The translations under genes were made by a program, and so were the position numbers. This document shows positions 31,331-34,371 of a stretch of 34,371 nt of DNA, piece by piece. Under the pieces are notes generated by a model, which saw only the letters and a program-made list of their open reading frames with translations, was not told the origin of the DNA and ran no database searches. Position 1 is the stretch's first letter. Each line of letters starts with the position of its first letter. This DNA comes from a virus: the IMG/VR virus record IMGVR_UViG_3300045988_078968, one strand, 5' to 3'.

Positions 31331-31651
31331 ATGGATAGATACGACGAACTTATGGCGGCGGTCTGCCAGGACGACGCCGACCGGGTGACCTATGGCCCCC
31401 TGGTGCAAAAGGCGGTGCTCCTGGAGCAGCGCATGGAGTACCTGGAAACCCTGCCCCACATTGTGGTGCATCCCAAGGACCCCACGAAGCAGCGGACCAC
31501 TCCGGCCCATAAGCAATACAAGGAGCTGCTGCAGCAGTATGCAAACGTTATCCGCATTCTGGGCCGGGTGACTGTGGAGGATGATAGCACGGCAGAAAGC
31601 CCGCTGCGCACCTGGGCGAAAGCGAGGGCGGCCAGAAATGCTGATCACTGA
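31331..31651 (+). CDS. terS: Terminase small subunit (P27-like, mainly by position)
   Basis: 106 aa immediately upstream of and overlapping TerL, after the HNH gene as in HK97-like cos phages. Confidence 0.5.
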   Translation: MDRYDELMAAVCQDDADRVTYGPLVQKAVLLEQRMEYLETLPHIVVHPKDPTKQRTTPAHKQYKELLQQYANVIRILGRVTVEDDSTAESPLRTWAKARAARNADH

Positions 31652-33395
31652 GCGGACCATCTGGACGCCTGACAACTGTTTCCTGCTGGAATACAAGGCC
31701 CGCTGTGAAAGCGGCGAATTTATCATAGGCCAAGAGCTTTGGCAGGAACTTTGCAACCTGGATGCCGAGCTGCAGGACGACCGTTTTGCCTACAACAGGG
31801 ACGCCGCCCTCCTGCGCATGGATTTCATGGAGCACTGCGTCCGGCTGACAAAATCGCCGTACTACAACAAGCCCATGGTGCTGATGCTCTGGCAAAAGGC
31901 ATTCATTGAGGCGGCCTATTCCTTCAAAATGGCCGAAGAGAGCCGGGACCGTGGTTTCTGGATTGACCGTTTCCAGGACATTCTCATGCTGATTGCCCGG
32001 AAGAACACCAAAACGGAAACCTGTTCCGGCATCGGCCTGGCGGAATTCTTCACCGGGGCCGACGGCAGCGACCTGGTGACGGCCTCCAATGATGACCGGC
32101 AGAGCGCCCTGGCCTATGACGCCATCGACACCATGCGCAAGCTGGTGGACCCCCGGGACCTGGACAGCCGCCGAACGCAGACCAACCTGCTGAACCTGGC
32201 CAACAATACGAAAATCTTTAAGCTGTCCATGACCTCCCGCAACCGGGAAGGTTTTAACATCGACTGGGCCATTATTGACGAGTGCCACGAGATGAAAGAC
32301 AACGCCCTGGCGGCTGCCATTGAGCAGTCCCAGTCCACCAAGGACAACCCGAAGCTTTTCAAGATCACCACCGAGGGCTTTGTGGAGGACGGTTACCTGG
32401 ACAAGGAGCTTGCCAAGTTCCGGGCCGTGCTGAACGGCGAGGACACCGGCCCGGCGGCCATCCGTATGCTGCCATGGCTCTACACCATGGACAGTGAGCA
32501 GGAGGTATGGCTGGGGAACCGGGAAAACCGCCTCTGGGAGAAAGCCAATCCCACCCTGCCCTATGGCATCAAGAAATACAGCCGTTTGGAACAGGTGGTG
32601 GACAAGGCCCGCAAGGACACCGGCGACAAGCGCTTTGCAATGGCCAAGGATTTCAATATCCACCAGGCAGGCGTCGCCCAATGGCTGGAAGTCGACGATT
32701 ACCAATACCCGGCAACCTACGACCTGGAAGAATTCCGAGGCGCCATTTGTCTGGGAGCCGTGGACCTTGCAGAAACCACCGACCTATGCGTGGCGAAAAT
32801 CCTGCTCATGCGGCCAGACGACCCTGTGAAATACATTCATACCCGCTATTTTGTGCCGGAAAGCAAGCTGCTGCCGGATGCCGACGACCACGAGGCCGGT
32901 GCCAAATATGCGGAATGGGTACAGCATGATCTAATCACCGTCACACCCGGCAACGACAACGACCTGGCAGCCGTGGCCGACTGGTTTATGAGCCTTTATG
33001 ACGATTATGGCATCAAGCTCTGGAAATGCGGCTTTGATAACCGTTTTTCCAAGGACTGGCTGCGCCGGATGCGGGACTATGGCTGGACTACCGACGGCGA
33101 CGAGCAGACCCGGGCCGTGGTCATGATCATACAGAGTGCCGAAAGCCTGAATAACGCCATCTGTCTGACAGAGGCTGACCTGCGGCACCAGCTGATTAAC
33201 TACAACGAGAACCCCGTGGACACCTGGTGCTGGGGAAATGCGGCTTTGAAACTGGATACATACGGCAAGCGCCTGATTGTAAAGCAGCAGGCAAAGGCCA
33301 AAATCGACGGAGCGGTTTGTACGGCTATCCTGAATGAGATGTACCGCAGAAACCGCACTGAATTTGCACAAATCATCAAAAGCGAAAGGAGCTAG
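31638..33395 (+). CDS. terL: Terminase large subunit
   Basis: 585 aa (604 aa from the alternative ATG 31581), directly upstream of the portal gene. Size and sequence are typical of Terminase_1-type TerL. Confidence 0.85.
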   Translation: MLITERTIWTPDNCFLLEYKARCESGEFIIGQELWQELCNLDAELQDDRFAYNRDAALLRMDFMEHCVRLTKSPYYNKPMVLMLWQKAFIEAAYSFKMAEESRDRGFWIDRFQDILMLIARKNTKTETCSGIGLAEFFTGADGSDLVTASNDDRQSALAYDAIDTMRKLVDPRDLDSRRTQTNLLNLANNTKIFKLSMTSRNREGFNIDWAIIDECHEMKDNALAAAIEQSQSTKDNPKLFKITTEGFVEDGYLDKELAKFRAVLNGEDTGPAAIRMLPWLYTMDSEQEVWLGNRENRLWEKANPTLPYGIKKYSRLEQVVDKARKDTGDKRFAMAKDFNIHQAGVAQWLEVDDYQYPATYDLEEFRGAICLGAVDLAETTDLCVAKILLMRPDDPVKYIHTRYFVPESKLLPDADDHEAGAKYAEWVQHDLITVTPGNDNDLAAVADWFMSLYDDYGIKLWKCGFDNRFSKDWLRRMRDYGWTTDGDEQTRAVVMIIQSAESLNNAICLTEADLRHQLINYNENPVDTWCWGNAALKLDTYGKRLIVKQQAKAKIDGAVCTAILNEMYRRNRTEFAQIIKSERS

Positions 33396-33397
33396 AC

Positions 33398-34371
33398 ATG
33401 GGCTGGCTGAAAAACATCAAGGACGCCGTGGCCGTGCTGAAAAGCGGCCTGTCCTATGCCGACGTAGTAAACGGCAGGACGCCGATATATTCCAGCTTTG
33501 GGCGGGATATTTACGCCAGCGACGTGGTAACCCAGGCTATGGCCTGTGTAACTGACGAAATCCGCAAGCTGGCCCCGGCCCACGTCATCCAGCAGGGTAT
33601 GGACATCATCCCCGTGGGTGCCGGAGACGTGCGGCAGCGACTGCTGAATCGCCCGAACAACTACATGACCACCGGCGACTTTCTGGGCAGAATCATGTAC
33701 AAGTATTTTTCCGCCTGCAATGCCTGGGTGGTGCCCACCTACAGGCTGGACAGCATAGGGCGGAAAATCTACACGGGTATGTACCCAATCGACCCGGCGC
33801 AGGTCACATTTTTGGAGGATGCACGGGGCGAGCTTTTTGTCAAGCTGGAATTTACCGGCCAGCCTGAGCCGTGGACACTGCCCTATTCTGACATTATCCA
33901 CCTGCGCCGGAACTATGGCGCAGACGAATACATGGGCGGCGGCCCTGGCGGCCAGCCTGATGACCGGGCGCTGCTGCAAACCCTGGAAATCAACTACCAG
34001 ATGCTGCAGGGCATCAGCCGGACCATGAAAAGCTCCCAGAACATCACCGGCGTGGTGAAATATGGCTCTATCATCGGCAGAGACCAGACAAAGCAGGCCA
34101 TGAGCGAGTGGGAGGAAAAGCTGAACAACAATAAAAGCGGCATCGTTGTCATGGATATGCAGAGCCAATACATTCCGGTCACCCGTGACGTGAAAATGGT
34201 GGACGCTGCTACCCTGAAATTCATTGACGAGAAAATCTTACGAAACTTTGGTGTGTCCTTGCCAATCCTGACCGGCGACTACACCAAAGCGCAGTATGAA
34301 GCTTTCTACCAGAAGACCATTGAGCCAATCATTGTGCAGCTATCCCAGGAGTTCACCCGGGTGCTTTTCAG
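33398..34371 (+). CDS. Portal protein, N-terminal part (runs off the window end and continues at 1-354)
   Basis: AAAGGAG precedes ATG 33398 and the frame stays open to the window end. It is absent from the ORF track because there is no in-window stop. The sequence resembles HK97-family portals. Confidence 0.85.
   Translation, partial: MGWLKNIKDAVAVLKSGLSYADVVNGRTPIYSSFGRDIYASDVVTQAMACVTDEIRKLAPAHVIQQGMDIIPVGAGDVRQRLLNRPNNYMTTGDFLGRIMYKYFSACNAWVVPTYRLDSIGRKIYTGMYPIDPAQVTFLEDARGELFVKLEFTGQPEPWTLPYSDIIHLRRNYGADEYMGGGPGGQPDDRALLQTLEINYQMLQGISRTMKSSQNITGVVKYGSIIGRDQTKQAMSEWEEKLNNNKSGIVVMDMQSQYIPVTRDVKMVDAATLKFIDEKILRNFGVSLPILTGDYTKAQYEAFYQKTIEPIIVQLSQEFTRVLF
34295..34371. repeat. Terminal overlap identical to 1-77
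   Basis: Direct comparison of the two window ends. Confidence 0.9.

Overview
The window is a complete, circularly permuted temperate siphovirus genome (HK97-like head and packaging module). Bases 1-77 are identical to 34295-34371, so the unique circle is 34294 bp, and the portal gene is split across the window junction. On the + strand the order is portal, prohead protease, major capsid, connector and tail-completion genes, major tail, G/G-T chaperone (a -1 frameshift heptamer is visible), tape measure, Dit, tail tip and fibre genes, then endolysin, XhlA-like protein and LL-H holin. A moron-like locus follows at 14.6-15.6 kb. The - strand carries the lysogeny operon: two XRE repressors, a membrane-anchored HIRAN protein, a membrane-anchored HTH protein and a large serine integrase with a candidate attP. 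The + strand then carries a divergent switch region with repeated operators and an early region (Cro-like HTH, RusA, an initiator containing iterons, a DnaC-like loader, a sigma-like regulator and many small ORFs). It ends with an orphan DNA methyltransferase, a TerS-like HTH protein, an HNH/P-loop fusion, TerS and TerL. High GC and strong GGAGG ribosome-binding sites suggest a Clostridia-type host; this is inference. The most unusual items are the structured A/C-rich leader behind a perfect consensus promoter (14702-14932), an in-frame TAG followed by 84 start-less coding-like codons after a tail fibre gene, the TM-HIRAN gene in the repressor operon, a 17-bp palindrome shared by two distant intergenic regions, an outward promoter facing attP, and the HNH-kinase-like fusion. 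All product calls rest on motif recognition by eye; no searches were run.
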